Shown: positions 1 through 11,197, numbered from the stretch's first letter. The stretch is 64,000 nt of DNA from Macrostomum hystrix (GCA_950097015.1 CATNEN010000033.1:682001-746000), one strand, 5' to 3'. Numbers and translations are program-made. Notes: generated by a model not told the origin, from the letters alone.

Positions 1-313
1 CTCAACGTCATCGTCGTGACAGTTGGATTTTTCCGCATCGTTTAGAGTTGGCCCTGATGATGATGTTGATGTAGGCATGGCGAGACAATGGGGGCAGTAT
101 TTAAAATGTTGAACTTGTTTTATTTACTTCATTAATTGTCCAAAGTTTCAACTGCATTGATTACATATTCCCAATCACATAAGATTATCAGCAAGCTTGT
201 TACCATAGACTAGCAATAGGGTTTTTAGTTGGTTACTTTACTAAGGTAAGTGGCGTAACTTATTTACACATTTTAGATTCTTAATTATTGTTTCAAATAA
301 AAAAAACTACAAC

Positions 314-772
314 ATGTCATCACTGGGTGGGCGGCACAATGGCGGAGATCGAGATCGAGATATCGACAGAGAGGATCACAACTCTGGCAACGACAAACCG
401 ATCTCGTGCCCTACCGTCAGTAGCAGCACAGATGTCGTGATTGGCACTGAGCGACGTCGACGAAGGCACAGCTCGGATAGTAGTTCAGACTCGGATTTTG
501 CTATTCTGCTTTCACGTCAACGTGTTCAGTACGTATTGCATCGTCCAGGTGTCGTGCGCATTTACAATCAGAGATTTGGAATTGTGAACGCCAATCCGAC
601 ACGTGATTTAGCCGGCCAATTGCAACTGCCGCAGCATGCGCAAGTGACCGATATACAGTCACCAATTATAAGCAGCAGCAGCAGCAACAGTAACAATGGC
701 GGCACTGGCACTGAAAGAGAGCGCGGCGATGCCAATCGTGCTGCAAATAACCCAGATTTGAATGACATGTAG
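314..772 (+). CDS. 152-aa orphan protein of element A (RRRRR basic patch, Ser/Asp-rich)
   Basis: ATG-to-stop ORF; intact 150-aa inverted paralogue at 17514-17966 with frame-preserving indels. Confidence 0.55.
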   Translation: MSSLGGRHNGGDRDRDIDREDHNSGNDKPISCPTVSSSTDVVIGTERRRRRHSSDSSSDSDFAILLSRQRVQYVLHRPGVVRIYNQRFGIVNANPTRDLAGQLQLPQHAQVTDIQSPIISSSSSNSNNGGTGTERERGDANRAANNPDLNDM

Positions 773-1285
773 CAATTGTTTTGTTAAGCACTGTTGCCAT
801 TGCTTATAATGAAATTAATTAACTGATTAATATAATTAGAAGTTTCATGTATTTGATTCATACATCAGAGTATTTAAAATCGACAGTTCATGATGCCTGC
901 AAATGTTTTAAAGTACTTTTATATACACTAGCTCTCGTTCACCTTCACGTGGTATATTCAAAGCATAAGAGTTTGCCGTCACTATTGACAATATATTGTC
1001 GCGTTTACCATTAATCATAATCAGACGACTGATGAGATCAGTCAGTAATAAAATATTAATACGCGAACACAGATGTGTGCAGGTAGTCAACCGGTAATTA
1101 TTAATACGGTTTTTATTAAATTTCACCAATACATATAGAGTATAAATATATATAGAATTTCATTGGTTGAACAAATAATCGTGCCATTCTACAATTAGTC
1201 TGATTTGCAAAGTCGCGAGAGCAAAAATAAACGTGTAAACTATAATACATAAAATTCTGCATATAAATTCTGTATTTTACAGCAT

Positions 1286-1666
1286 TCATTGTTCGATGTA
1301 CCAATAGCGAACTCCATGTATGATGAGCTGAAGTTCAGCTTGGGCTTCCTCTAAAAGCTCTAGCACTTCGATGATGTCTTGTGCTTCATCGTCTCTTACA
1401 CCAGTCACGGACAAGACAGCCTGATAGTCTTCTGCTGACCGGTGCTTTTGCAGCCATTGTTGAGTGCGCCGTAATAATAAACATAGCTCATTAGCGTTGT
1501 ACTCTGCATTTGGAACACCGCGTTGCAAACTAGGTAGCTGCTCGAAGCACCCTCGATGCGCTATGAACCGGCCAATGCAATCTATGCGACAGCTGAGAAA
1601 GAGTTGAAATACGCGCGGCTGAAGATACATTTGTACTAACTGCATCTGATCGGCAATTAACGACAT
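1286..1666 (-). CDS. 126-aa orphan protein, member of a new 126/139-aa family
   Basis: ORF conserved at 16620-17000 with substitutions but no stops; aligns by eye to the 139-aa ORFs at 6376 and 33062. Confidence 0.7.
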   Translation of the reverse strand: MSLIADQMQLVQMYLQPRVFQLFLSCRIDCIGRFIAHRGCFEQLPSLQRGVPNAEYNANELCLLLRRTQQWLQKHRSAEDYQAVLSVTGVRDDEAQDIIEVLELLEEAQAELQLIIHGVRYWYIEQ

Positions 1667-1954
1667 GTTCAGTCAGTTAGTAAATCAAGTAAAGCAAAAA
1701 ATAGTTTTGTTAAAAAAAATTCTAAACTTTAATCGTTTAATAAGAAGCGATATACTAATATTAATATTAATGCGATAAGAAGCCCCCATAGAGTATAATT
1801 TATCGAACACAGGTGAGTCAGTCCAGAGACAAATCAAATGAATACAGGCCAGTCTGGGTATTAAGAACAAGAAATCTTTCTCGGCCAAGAAATCAGCCCA
1901 CAACCAACGCCATACGGACAGAAGCTACAGGATAGCGAGCGACACAGCACGGAC

Positions 1955-2335
1955 ATGAGCAACAATAGCAACAAATTTCCCTCCTTCACCGCGGCGTTCC
2001 GGGAACACGTACTGGCCTCCGCTGCGGCCGAATTGGAAAGCGCATTGCGAGCAGCGATGGATGCAGCGACAGCAGTGGCGGCAGCGGAGGCCTGGACGCC
2101 GGGACGTCGCGGGAAGGAGGCCGAGATGGCTGCCGCTATGCGGCGGGTCCGGGCGGCCATGGTCCGCATGGCCCGGGCCCGCCGCATAGCGGCAGGGCTG
2201 GATCCTTATGTGAGTAGTAGATTTCGATTCCTTTCATTTGAATATTTATGAACACATATGCATGGTAACATCTGAGCTAACAAACTAAATGAAACCTAAA
2301 ACCCATCTTTCATCCCGCAGCCGGGTGTGCTATAA
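1955..2335 (+). CDS. Two-exon 89-aa Ala/Arg-rich orphan protein (exons 1955-2209, 2321-2335)
   Basis: Donor TAT|GTGAGT at 2210 and acceptor CCCGCAG|CCG at 2320 give the C-terminus ...LDPY-PGVL*. The same splice sites and PGVL* end are kept in the inverted copy. Confidence 0.55.
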
Positions 2336-2468
2336 TCAGTCCGACTATCTGGTGTGCTATAATCAGTCCGACTATCTGCCCAATCAGCCGCTGACTATCT
2401 GCCCAATCAGCCGCTGACTATCTGCCCAATCAGTCCCTGACTATCTGCCCAATCAGTCCCTGACAATC
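2324..2468. repeat. 27-bp duplication followed by a 23-bp minisatellite (CTGACTATCTGCCCAATCAGCCG, ~4 copies, each with CCAAT)
   Basis: Direct reading; absent from the inverted copy near 15990. Confidence 0.8.
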
Positions 2469-4056
2469 TTGCATTAATTCTGTTATTGTTTGTAAATAAA
2501 ATAAGCTTAAAATTGTTATTAAAATAGTTTCATAGTTCTCAAAATACATAACTTCTTATCTTGGTTATTTATTTTATCATTAAAATAATATGAACTGATT
2601 GTTGGTTATGTGGTGTACATTGGCGATGAGACTTACTACAATAACGACGTAATCGTAATCGATCAGTCTGGTATATAATTTCAAGTAAAGTTTATACAAG
2701 TTTCTCATGTAAGAAAATATTAATAAAAACGGATTCGTTTAAAAAAGTAAAGTACAAACAACGAATAAATTATTATACGCTTACGTCTTGCTAGATATGC
2801 CAAGATGCACTATTAAAACGTGCAGACTATAGGTATGTAGTGCATTAAATTGTGCGTATTTTACCAAAGACATATCTGCTTGGTACAGCTCGATTTTTTC
2901 GCGATTTTTTTTCTTCGTATCCACATTTTTTCTTTCGAAAATACAGTCAGACGTTTTTGGCCATAGACAAAAAAACGGCTGCATATAATTCATATTGTAT
3001 GCAGTATTTTTGCAAAAGATCTTTCAGTAGCGTGGCTATATCTATGGTATTTTCGCGAATATAGCCAGACATTTCATCTATAATTAGTATTTGCGCACTG
3101 CCAATTTTTTTTTCGACAAAGTAAGAAGGCTCTTATGGAAGACAGCATAGTCACACCGGACTGCTACGGTATTGTAGTGTATATAGTGACTCGGTGTGAC
3201 GGTTCGATGGTTCACATACTGCGACATGTCACATACTGGTTAATATCAATTTGCAATTTAACGTTGTACATCGCATAGCTGCTCGTGCCAATGTTAACTT
3301 GACGTTGTACGTCTGGTTAAATTCGCGCATTTTGCGCAACGCAAAATACAGCAGTACTTTGCATAGACGTACAATGTCGAGCTTAACATTGCCTATGCAA
3401 GTCTCAACCTCATGAGTGTTTCCTGGTATGTCCTCATTCTCCCACTGTCTTTCGACTATCTTTTGTATTTTTAAATGTTTCATACAGTTTTTGTATGCCA
3501 ATTTTATAAAAACGACTGCGACCAAGTGACTGTCCTTTCAAGCGCAGCTACAGTACATGTCAAATTAGCATTAATAAATAAATAATAAATATAAATAATT
3601 TAGTGTTTGTTATTTGTATAATCATTAATAGTACACAACTTCTTATCTTGTTTATTCTATCATTAAAATAATATGAACTGAACTGACTGGCGGTTATGCG
3701 GTGTACATTGGCGTTGAGACTTATTACAAGACCGACGTAATCGTAATCGATCAGTCTGAGATATTATGTTTGTATTTATACTGCGCAAAACCTGAGAATA
3801 ATGAAGTAGACTTAAAACTAAAATTTATGTAGTAGAAATAGACAGTAGTGGAATCAAATCGCATAAAGGTATATATTTTTTAGTTTATTCTTATATCAAC
3901 GTATATTAAATCAATCGATTAAATCAAGTACAGTCTGAATTTATTATAAGTGAGTCAGTCGATTATTCAGCAAGCCAGCCAGCCAGCCAATCAGCCAGTA
4001 GACAGACAAAGCAGCCCAATCTGAGTTGCACGCAGAGCCAATTGAATTGAATGAAA

Positions 4057-5565
4057 TCAATTGCCGCACAGACATTGTCGCGTCTTGATCAATCGGCCGT
4101 GTCTTGACACTGTCGTAGTCAATATATTGTGTGTGCATATACAATACGAGCGTCTAGATGCACGCAAAGCATCAGTCGCAGGTATAGTCGATTGCGATGA
4201 CTGCACATCACTTATTGACATTGCGACATCGTCGTCAAGGTCGGCGGTCAGAACCAATTCTGCTGCGGCATCGGCATCTCCTTGCGGCACTGTCACATCA
4301 GATAACTGTTCATCCGAATCGTTGTTGACATCAGCAATGATGATCTCCATTGCGACATCAAACATGTCATCGATGTGACTTGCTTCGGAATGGGCAGCGA
4401 AATCCGATCCAGCAGCAGCAGCAACACAATCCGTATTGGTAGACAGAAATTGCATAGCGGCAGGTTGCATCAAGTCGAGCAGAATCTGCGCCATTTCAAT
4501 GTCATCACCGTGACCGGATGATGTACCAATACACACTGACTGCGTGCTGACATTGGCTTCGATTGAAACATCGGTCACACCGTTTTGTGCACTGACACCA
4601 ACTGTCGCTGTTGTTACTCTTGGCGCACAGACAGGAATAAAAACAGGTAGCGGCACCGGAACGAAATACGGCACCTCGACAGTTGGAATCGGCAACATAG
4701 GCATCGCTGGTGATCCGATTGGCTCAATTTGCAACATTGGCATTGATGGCGATGGTACTGGCGAGTGATCCGATTGGATTGTTTCTGCTGCTGCTTCAAT
4801 CGCATTGTGATTAAGCGGAGTAGATGTACAAATTGGATGCCGGACTGATCCAATTGACACGCTGTCCGCTTGGCTCACATGTTCAGCAGGCTCGTCAGTA
4901 CTTGTTGCATAGATGATGCCTGATTCAGCTGCGCTATCTTCTATGATGATAGTTTCTGCTGGCTGCTCTGCTGCTGACTGCTCTGCTGCTGACTGCTCTG
5001 CTGATGGCTGCTCTGCTGCTGGCTGCTCTGCTGCTGGCTGCTCTGCTACGGGCTGCTCTGCTACTGGCTGCTCTGCTGCTGGCTGCTCTGCTGCTGGCAG
5101 TCGACGGGCAATGTAGCGCTCGTGCATATAGTCGACAATCTCGCCGACCACAGCTGGTAGTGGATCCAGTTGTTCAAGCTGGACCACTTCGCCCATTGCC
5201 GCTGCTCCCGCCACTGCCACTGGCTGAGCTGGTTGGCCACCGACGCGACGCTGCGGATTCCGCTTACATCTATATAGATGATGCAACATGTTGGACGTTA
5301 TTTTGTTGCAATGCGGACACGCTAGCACACGTCCACCGGCAGCGACATCCACACCAGCCCGCTGTAGTTGCAGCATCTTCCAGACGGCACTTCCACGCTC
5401 CTTAACCGACGCGAATAGCGATGGCCTTTGACCAACAGGTAGGACTGTCCAGTCAAATTCGGCATGGACAGCTTTATGCGCCTCTATAAAATGTCTTCGC
5501 ATCATATTGGCGCGGATTTGCTGGCCGCAGAAATGGCAGAAGCGGAGTCCGTTGTTGTCTTCCAT
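4057..5565 (-). CDS. 502-aa protein: bipartite zinc-finger N-terminus (CxxC..HF-x3-H; CPxCxK..H-x3-C), 9 AEQPx pentapeptide repeats, acidic tail
   Basis: Intact ORF. N-terminus is homologous to exon 1 of the ZnF-YR gene (FDW...K.xAVW...CPxC). Partial copies at 13461-14236 and 29216-30272. Confidence 0.75.
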   Translation of the reverse strand: MEDNNGLRFCHFCGQQIRANMMRRHFIEAHKAVHAEFDWTVLPVGQRPSLFASVKERGSAVWKMLQLQRAGVDVAAGGRVLACPHCNKITSNMLHHLYRCKRNPQRRVGGQPAQPVAVAGAAAMGEVVQLEQLDPLPAVVGEIVDYMHERYIARRLPAAEQPAAEQPVAEQPVAEQPAAEQPAAEQPSAEQSAAEQSAAEQPAETIIIEDSAAESGIIYATSTDEPAEHVSQADSVSIGSVRHPICTSTPLNHNAIEAAAETIQSDHSPVPSPSMPMLQIEPIGSPAMPMLPIPTVEVPYFVPVPLPVFIPVCAPRVTTATVGVSAQNGVTDVSIEANVSTQSVCIGTSSGHGDDIEMAQILLDLMQPAAMQFLSTNTDCVAAAAGSDFAAHSEASHIDDMFDVAMEIIIADVNNDSDEQLSDVTVPQGDADAAAELVLTADLDDDVAMSISDVQSSQSTIPATDALRASRRSYCICTHNILTTTVSRHGRLIKTRQCLCGN

Positions 5566-5764
5566 TGCAGCTTAAATATAGTCGTTCGCTGGCTAGCCTG
5601 CTGAATAATCGACAGAGTGGTCGTTGTGGCTGAATTTTAATTATCGATTTGCGTGCGCGCGCGCATATATTTACCTAGCACTGCTCATATCCTGTACAGA
5701 GCAGCAGTCAGACACATAGACATAGACAGGCATCGTCAACTGGGTCTAAGCTATTTCCATATAT

Positions 5765-6070
5765 AGTATTTTCGCGAAAATACTGATATGCTCTATAAAC
5801 AAAGGTAAGGGCAGTATTTTTGCAAAAGTTCTTGAAGTAGTGTGTGTGGCTACATCTTTGGTATTTTCGCGAAAATACTGCTATGCTATTAAACAAAGGT
5901 AGTTGGCGGTATTTTTGCAAAAGTTCTTAAAGTAGTGTGCATGATTACATCTTTGGTATTTTCGCGAAAATACTGCTATGCTATTAAACAAAGGTAGTTG
6001 GCGGTATTTTTGCAAAAGTTCTTAAAGTAGTGTGCATGGCTACATCTTATGATATTATCGCGAATGCAGA
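5765..6070. repeat. 95-bp palindrome-containing array (~3 units)
   Basis: GTATTTTCGCGAAAATAC at 5861 and 5956 (period 95), alternating with TTTTGCAAAA. Confidence 0.9.
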
Positions 6071-6375
6071 TACGCGGCGGTTGAAGACAATAAGAAGACA
6101 ATATTTTTGCGAAAGTACTTTAAGTATTCATGATGACTATATCTAATGGTAATCAATAACCAAATATGACTTGACTTCATTATATTTTATTATTATTCAT
6201 GCCGCGAATACAACTTGCAACAGGTTCACTCATGTATTTTTGCTTGAGCGAATTAATTGGGTTAAATAAATAGCTGGCATTAATTAAACGGCGAACAGGA
6301 AACTACAATTAGCTGTATTAGCTGTATTAAGTCTACCTAAAACTAGTGCTGCTACTGCTGCTGCTGCTGCTGCTG

Positions 6376-6795
6376 TTACTGCTCAATTCGATATCGGCGG
6401 CTCCGGAGCAACTCTCGCAGTCTAGCCCTTTGCTGTACGCCGCGCCAGTAGTCCAGGCCGTGTAGAATGTGCTGCAGCTCCAAACATGTGTCCTCCAGCA
6501 GGCCTAGCAGCTCGGCCAAGTCGAAGGCCTCGTTCTCTGTTAGGCAGGTCACCTCCAGGATGGTCTCGTAGCCCGCAGCTGTCTTGTGTTGTAGCAGCCA
6601 GTCCAGGAGGCTCTTCATCAGGGTGTGCAGCTGGGTGACGTTCAGCTCAGCAGTCGGGCAGTGGCGCTGCAGGCAGGTTAGCTGCTCCAATCGTCCTCGG
6701 TAAGTCAGGAACGGGGCCAGACAGGCGATGTCGCATCTGGCCAGGAGTGCCACGGTGGCCGGCGAGCCGAACAGCGCCACAGGATGCGTATTCAT
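6376..6795 (-). CDS. 139-aa orphan protein (126/139-aa family)
   Basis: GC-rich ORF in AT-rich context; nearly identical intact copy at 33062-33481; homologous to 1286-1666. Confidence 0.7.
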   Translation of the reverse strand: MNTHPVALFGSPATVALLARCDIACLAPFLTYRGRLEQLTCLQRHCPTAELNVTQLHTLMKSLLDWLLQHKTAAGYETILEVTCLTENEAFDLAELLGLLEDTCLELQHILHGLDYWRGVQQRARLRELLRSRRYRIEQ

Positions 6796-6894
6796 CGTGA
6801 GTTCTACACAACCAACAATGTCGTGAGTGCAACAGCAGCGCGTCTAACACTAGCAGAAGTAGAATTAGAATAGGAAGCAGAGTTCTAAATGGAA

Positions 6895-7745
6895 AGTAAA
6901 TACAGTATTTTCGCGAAGGTAAGGGCAGTATTTTTGCAAAAGTAGCGTGACTACATCTTATGGTATTTTCGCAAATGCAGATACGTATTCTCAGACAAAG
7001 TGACTTTTTACCATAGACAAATTTAGTGTATTTCTGTAAATTGCCAAAACTCACGAATGAGTTTTTTCGCGAAAAGACAATATGTACTATATTGAATACT
7101 TGTAAATGAAAAATAGTGTCTGTTTTTGCGAAAATACTGCTATGCTATTAAACAAAGGTAGTTGGCGGTATTTTTGCAAAAGTTCTTAAAGTAGTGTGCA
7201 TGGCTACATATTATGGTATTTTCGCGAAAATACTGCTATCCTATTAAACGCAGGTAGTAAAGGTAGTTTGCGGTATTTTTGCAAAAGTTATTAAAGTAGT
7301 GTGCATGGCTACATCTTAAGGTATTTTCGCGAAAATACTGTTATGCTATTAAACACAGGTAGTTGGCGGTATTTTTGCAAAAGTTATTAATTAAGTAGGT
7401 TATATGCGTGGCTATATCTTAAGGTATTTTCGCGAAAATACTGCTATGCTATTAAACAAAGGTAGTTGGCGGTATTTTTGCAAAAGTTCTTAAAGTAGTG
7501 TGCATGGCTACATATTATGGTATTTTCGCGAAAATACTGCTATCCTATTAAACGCAGGTAGTAAAGGTAGTTTGCGGTATTTTTGCAAAAGTTATTAAAG
7601 TAGTGTGCATGGCTACATCTTAAGGTATTTTCGCGAAAATACTGTTATGCTATTAAACACAGGTAGTTGGCGGTATTTTTGCAAAAGTTCTTAAAGTAGT
7701 GTGCATGGCTACATATTATGGTATTTTCGCGAATGTAGATACGTA
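6895..7745. repeat. 95-bp palindrome-containing array (~7-8 units, some degenerate)
   Basis: Repeated GGTATTTTCGCGAAAATACTG...GGTATTTTTGCAAAAGT units. Confidence 0.9.
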
Positions 7746-8136
7746 TTCTCAGACAAAGTGACTTGTACTTTTTTACCATCGACAAATTTAGTATATTTCT
7801 CTGCTAATTGTCAATAATCACGAATGATTTTTTCGTGTATCTTCGGCTTTTAAGAAAACGAGAATAGTTTAATCTCAGTTTAATCAGATGATAATCAAAT
7901 GATTTCATTTGTCAATTTATTTAATTACTAACGAAATAATCACAGTGTTGACAATCATTAGCATCTTAACAATATATAAGAGAGCAACAAACAGAACATA
8001 TGAGATTCTCGGTTGTAAAGGGACGGGTATTAGTGGGGGTATCACAATTGACACAATTGATAATTGATAATAGTTTGGCAAATCAGACAATCAGCACATA
8101 TAAAGTCAGGTGACACGACTGGGACAATATGAGCAT

Positions 8137-11100
8137 TCAGATGTCCAGTCTAGTTCTCGAACTGATCAGGCGCCCAGATCGCGTCCTGTATTCCGTTCGA
8201 CGAACCACGAGTAGCTCAGAATCCGAGCTGGTCTCATTGTCATTGCTGACGTGCTGTTGTTCACCATCATCACCTTCTTCGTCGATATCGTCGTGAACGT
8301 TGCCTTGTCCAGCCGATGCTCCAAACATCGGCGGTTGACTAAGACTGCGTCGTCTAGACGATGTAGACGAAATAGGCGATGGTGTTGCTGAATCGATGGC
8401 CGGCTTTGTCGACTCGGTGTTGTCCGTTGTTGAACATCTAGGACTAACCGTAGCGGGTCGCATTGTCGACATTCGAGGTCGCTTCTTGTCAGTGGCCTTG
8501 CAAATGGACGACCGTCGAGTGCGTCGCTTGCGTGTGCGTTGACTATGTGGCATCACAATGTCATCAGCAGGTAGAGGAGATGCAGCCGATGAATTGGTTG
8601 CGTCCAGATCAACGCTACAGGCGGCAGAGCGACGACGCTTCGTGTCGTTTTCGGCTGTTGGATGTCGTTGATGTCGACGATCAAGTGGCCGATTGTGACA
8701 GAATGTCTCGAAGCATCCTCTGACGTCGTCGGCGACCATCAGATTGGCCTGCTGTTTGGCCAGGCGTCCATACGCATTCACGACACAGTTGCGCGATGTG
8801 TCGTACAGAGGCACCAGCTGGTCTAGCTTGTCGGGATGCGCGTGCACATAGGCCGACAGTACATTTCGACGACCATCGCCCATGCGATAGGGCCGATCGA
8901 TGACCAACTCGGCGCCCTGCTTGACAAGCGTGCTGAAACTTGTCGAGTCACGCTGCTTGCCACGATGCGTAGGAAACAGCAGACATTTGCCTGGCCTGAC
9001 ATGGATGTTGCACTCGGCGAAGTATGGCAATAGAAAGTTGTCTATCCATTGCAGTAGACATTCGCCGACTTTGCGTGGCGCAGTCCAGCTTGCACCTTTA
9101 CCACGACCGCCCTTTTTGTGTGCCACTTCGGTAGGCGGCAGGACTGTGACAATGGTGGAGGACGTTGATACGCCGCTATTGAGTGCAGCATCCAAATAGC
9201 AACGCCGGATCGCGACCCAAGGACGTAGTCGATTGGCATGGACAATTGCTGCACAGAAGAAGGCCAGTTCACGCGTGATCGGCATAATAAATGTATTCCA
9301 TTTGCCGACGACGTTGGCCATTCGACGTGCACATTGTCCAATGCGACCCCAGTAGCCCTTCACGGGTAGATGAGACCACGAATGTTTGGCGACCATATCA
9401 ATCAGGCAGTCTAGCCGGTTGTGAATGATGCGCCATTCGTCAGCGGTCAGGAACTTATCCGTGTAGGACAGCTGGCGTTCGTCATCGCGCAGGTGATAGA
9501 TATTCTCTTGCCGCTGACGAATCAATCGAATGCAAGCCTGTACATGTTAAAGGGTTATGAAAGAGAAAGTACATACAGTAGCTTCTACAATTGTTCGTGA
9601 TATATCAACTAACATAGTATACAATATGCGACACAACAACACTGCTCACCATGATTGATTCGATGCGGCTAGTCAACAGACCAGATACTGCAGTCTGATG
9701 ATAGAGAATACCATCTTTGCGCGGGTCAGGACAGGCAGGCAATTCTGACGCGGCCTTGACAATGTCGGCATGCACGTTGGCAAACAATCCATCTGGTGGC
9801 GAGGTCAATTGGAACGCGTTCATAACACTAGGAGCACCGAAGTCGTTGTTGGCTGCTAGAAACTTCTTCGCGCCGCTCAATATGTTATGAAGCTCGTTCA
9901 TTCGCTGTCCAACAGTCGATGGTTTCCAGATATGGCGCTTCACCATCTCGTCCAGATCGAATTGGATGCGCGCTGGATTTATGAACCACATCTCGACTGT
10001 GACATTGATTGCGTGTAGGAGACGACTAGTTGTAGCATGATAGTTCCGCTGGATTGCTTTCCTACGGCTAACATGCGATGCGTTCTCTTCTACACAGCAA
10101 TGACCCTTGAACCAGATGTCGCCGACATTGTCTAGTTGCTTGTACATGTGTTCAGATGCAACGTGGTAGTCTGGGCCGTCGAAAACAACAAGCCGAGACG
10201 TCTTGTGCCTCCGTTGCAATACAAGCTCCTCTTCACTGACAGAATCATCAGTATTTTCCACGTCAGATTTAGAGGTCTGAGTCTCTGCTTGTCGATGACT
10301 GACAGCATTGGTGACTCCGACCGGAACATAGTCTGACGTATACTGGAGAATTGCTTCTGTCAGATTGACCAGATTCTGCAAGCTAGTACACACGCGCGGA
10401 TGCTCAGCGTTGTGGGCTTTCTGCAGAATCTCGTTGAGGCCGGCCGCATTCAGACGCAGTCCATTGATAAATTCTGTTTGACAGGAAAGTTATAAATATT
10501 TGTTGATTATTTTTTGTCTTTATGTGTAAATTTAAAAATTTAAAGGCATGTACAACAATATTTTAGACCACTTACTGATCGCTGCCACATTGTCGTTGGC
10601 ATTATTGAATTCTGGCATCGTACTCGTTTCGTTTTGCAGTCGCTCGATGTCGTGACTGACAATATCGGCCGTGTAAGATGGTCCGGCACGATCGAAACTA
10701 GCCAACACCGGTGCTACTAAAGTAGACGGTATGACAGACGATGCACTGTTGGTAATGCGTACAGCAGTGGACTGTCCAGCAGAAGACGATCCCGCAGACG
10801 ACGCACACACGACAATAGGCAGCTCAATTTTTGCACCCGCGTCAATCGAATCAGACGAAGAATCGTCGCTCTCACCTGACGAAAGGGTTGCATTTGCTGC
10901 CTCTGTAATTGCCGGTTTACTTTTACAAGGTCGTGCGATATGCTTGCTGAGTTGCCGCACACATTTACCACAATATGGACAATGCTTGTATAGTACATCA
11001 ATTCCCTTCCGACGGAGTATGAGGACCTTCCATACAGCATTTGCCTTGGCATCAGCCGACGCATTCGCTGCGGCTCGCATATCTGCAGGTATGTCGCTCC

Positions 11101-11197
11101 AGTCGAAACTCGAAATGAAATCAGAATGTTGTCTAGCAAAGTGCCTTCTGATATTCTTCTTCGCAACTGCGGCATTGCAGACAGGGCAGTCGTCCAT
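8137..11197 (-). CDS. Three-exon 948-aa zinc-finger / tyrosine-recombinase-like protein (exons 11197-10576, 10473-9650, 9537-8137)
   Basis: Intron 10474-10575 (GTAAGT...AAACAG) and intron 9538-9649 (GTGAGC...GTACAG) join three ORFs in frame: 622+824+1401=2847 nt. Exon 3 has YR-like motifs NRLR (R), EVAHKK (K), GDGRR (xxxR) and YDTSRNCVVNAY (Y nine residues after the H/W position). Confidence 0.72.

Noticed and set aside
4913-5405. Poly-Leu/Ala and Cys-Ser-Ala ORFs (also 29545-30001, 18205-18867, 19844-20527)
   Set aside because: Antisense or off-frame shadows of CAG/CTG-rich repeats.
5765-7745. CRISPR-like array
   Set aside because: Inter-palindrome sequences are repeated rather than unique spacers, no cas genes are present, and the context is eukaryotic.
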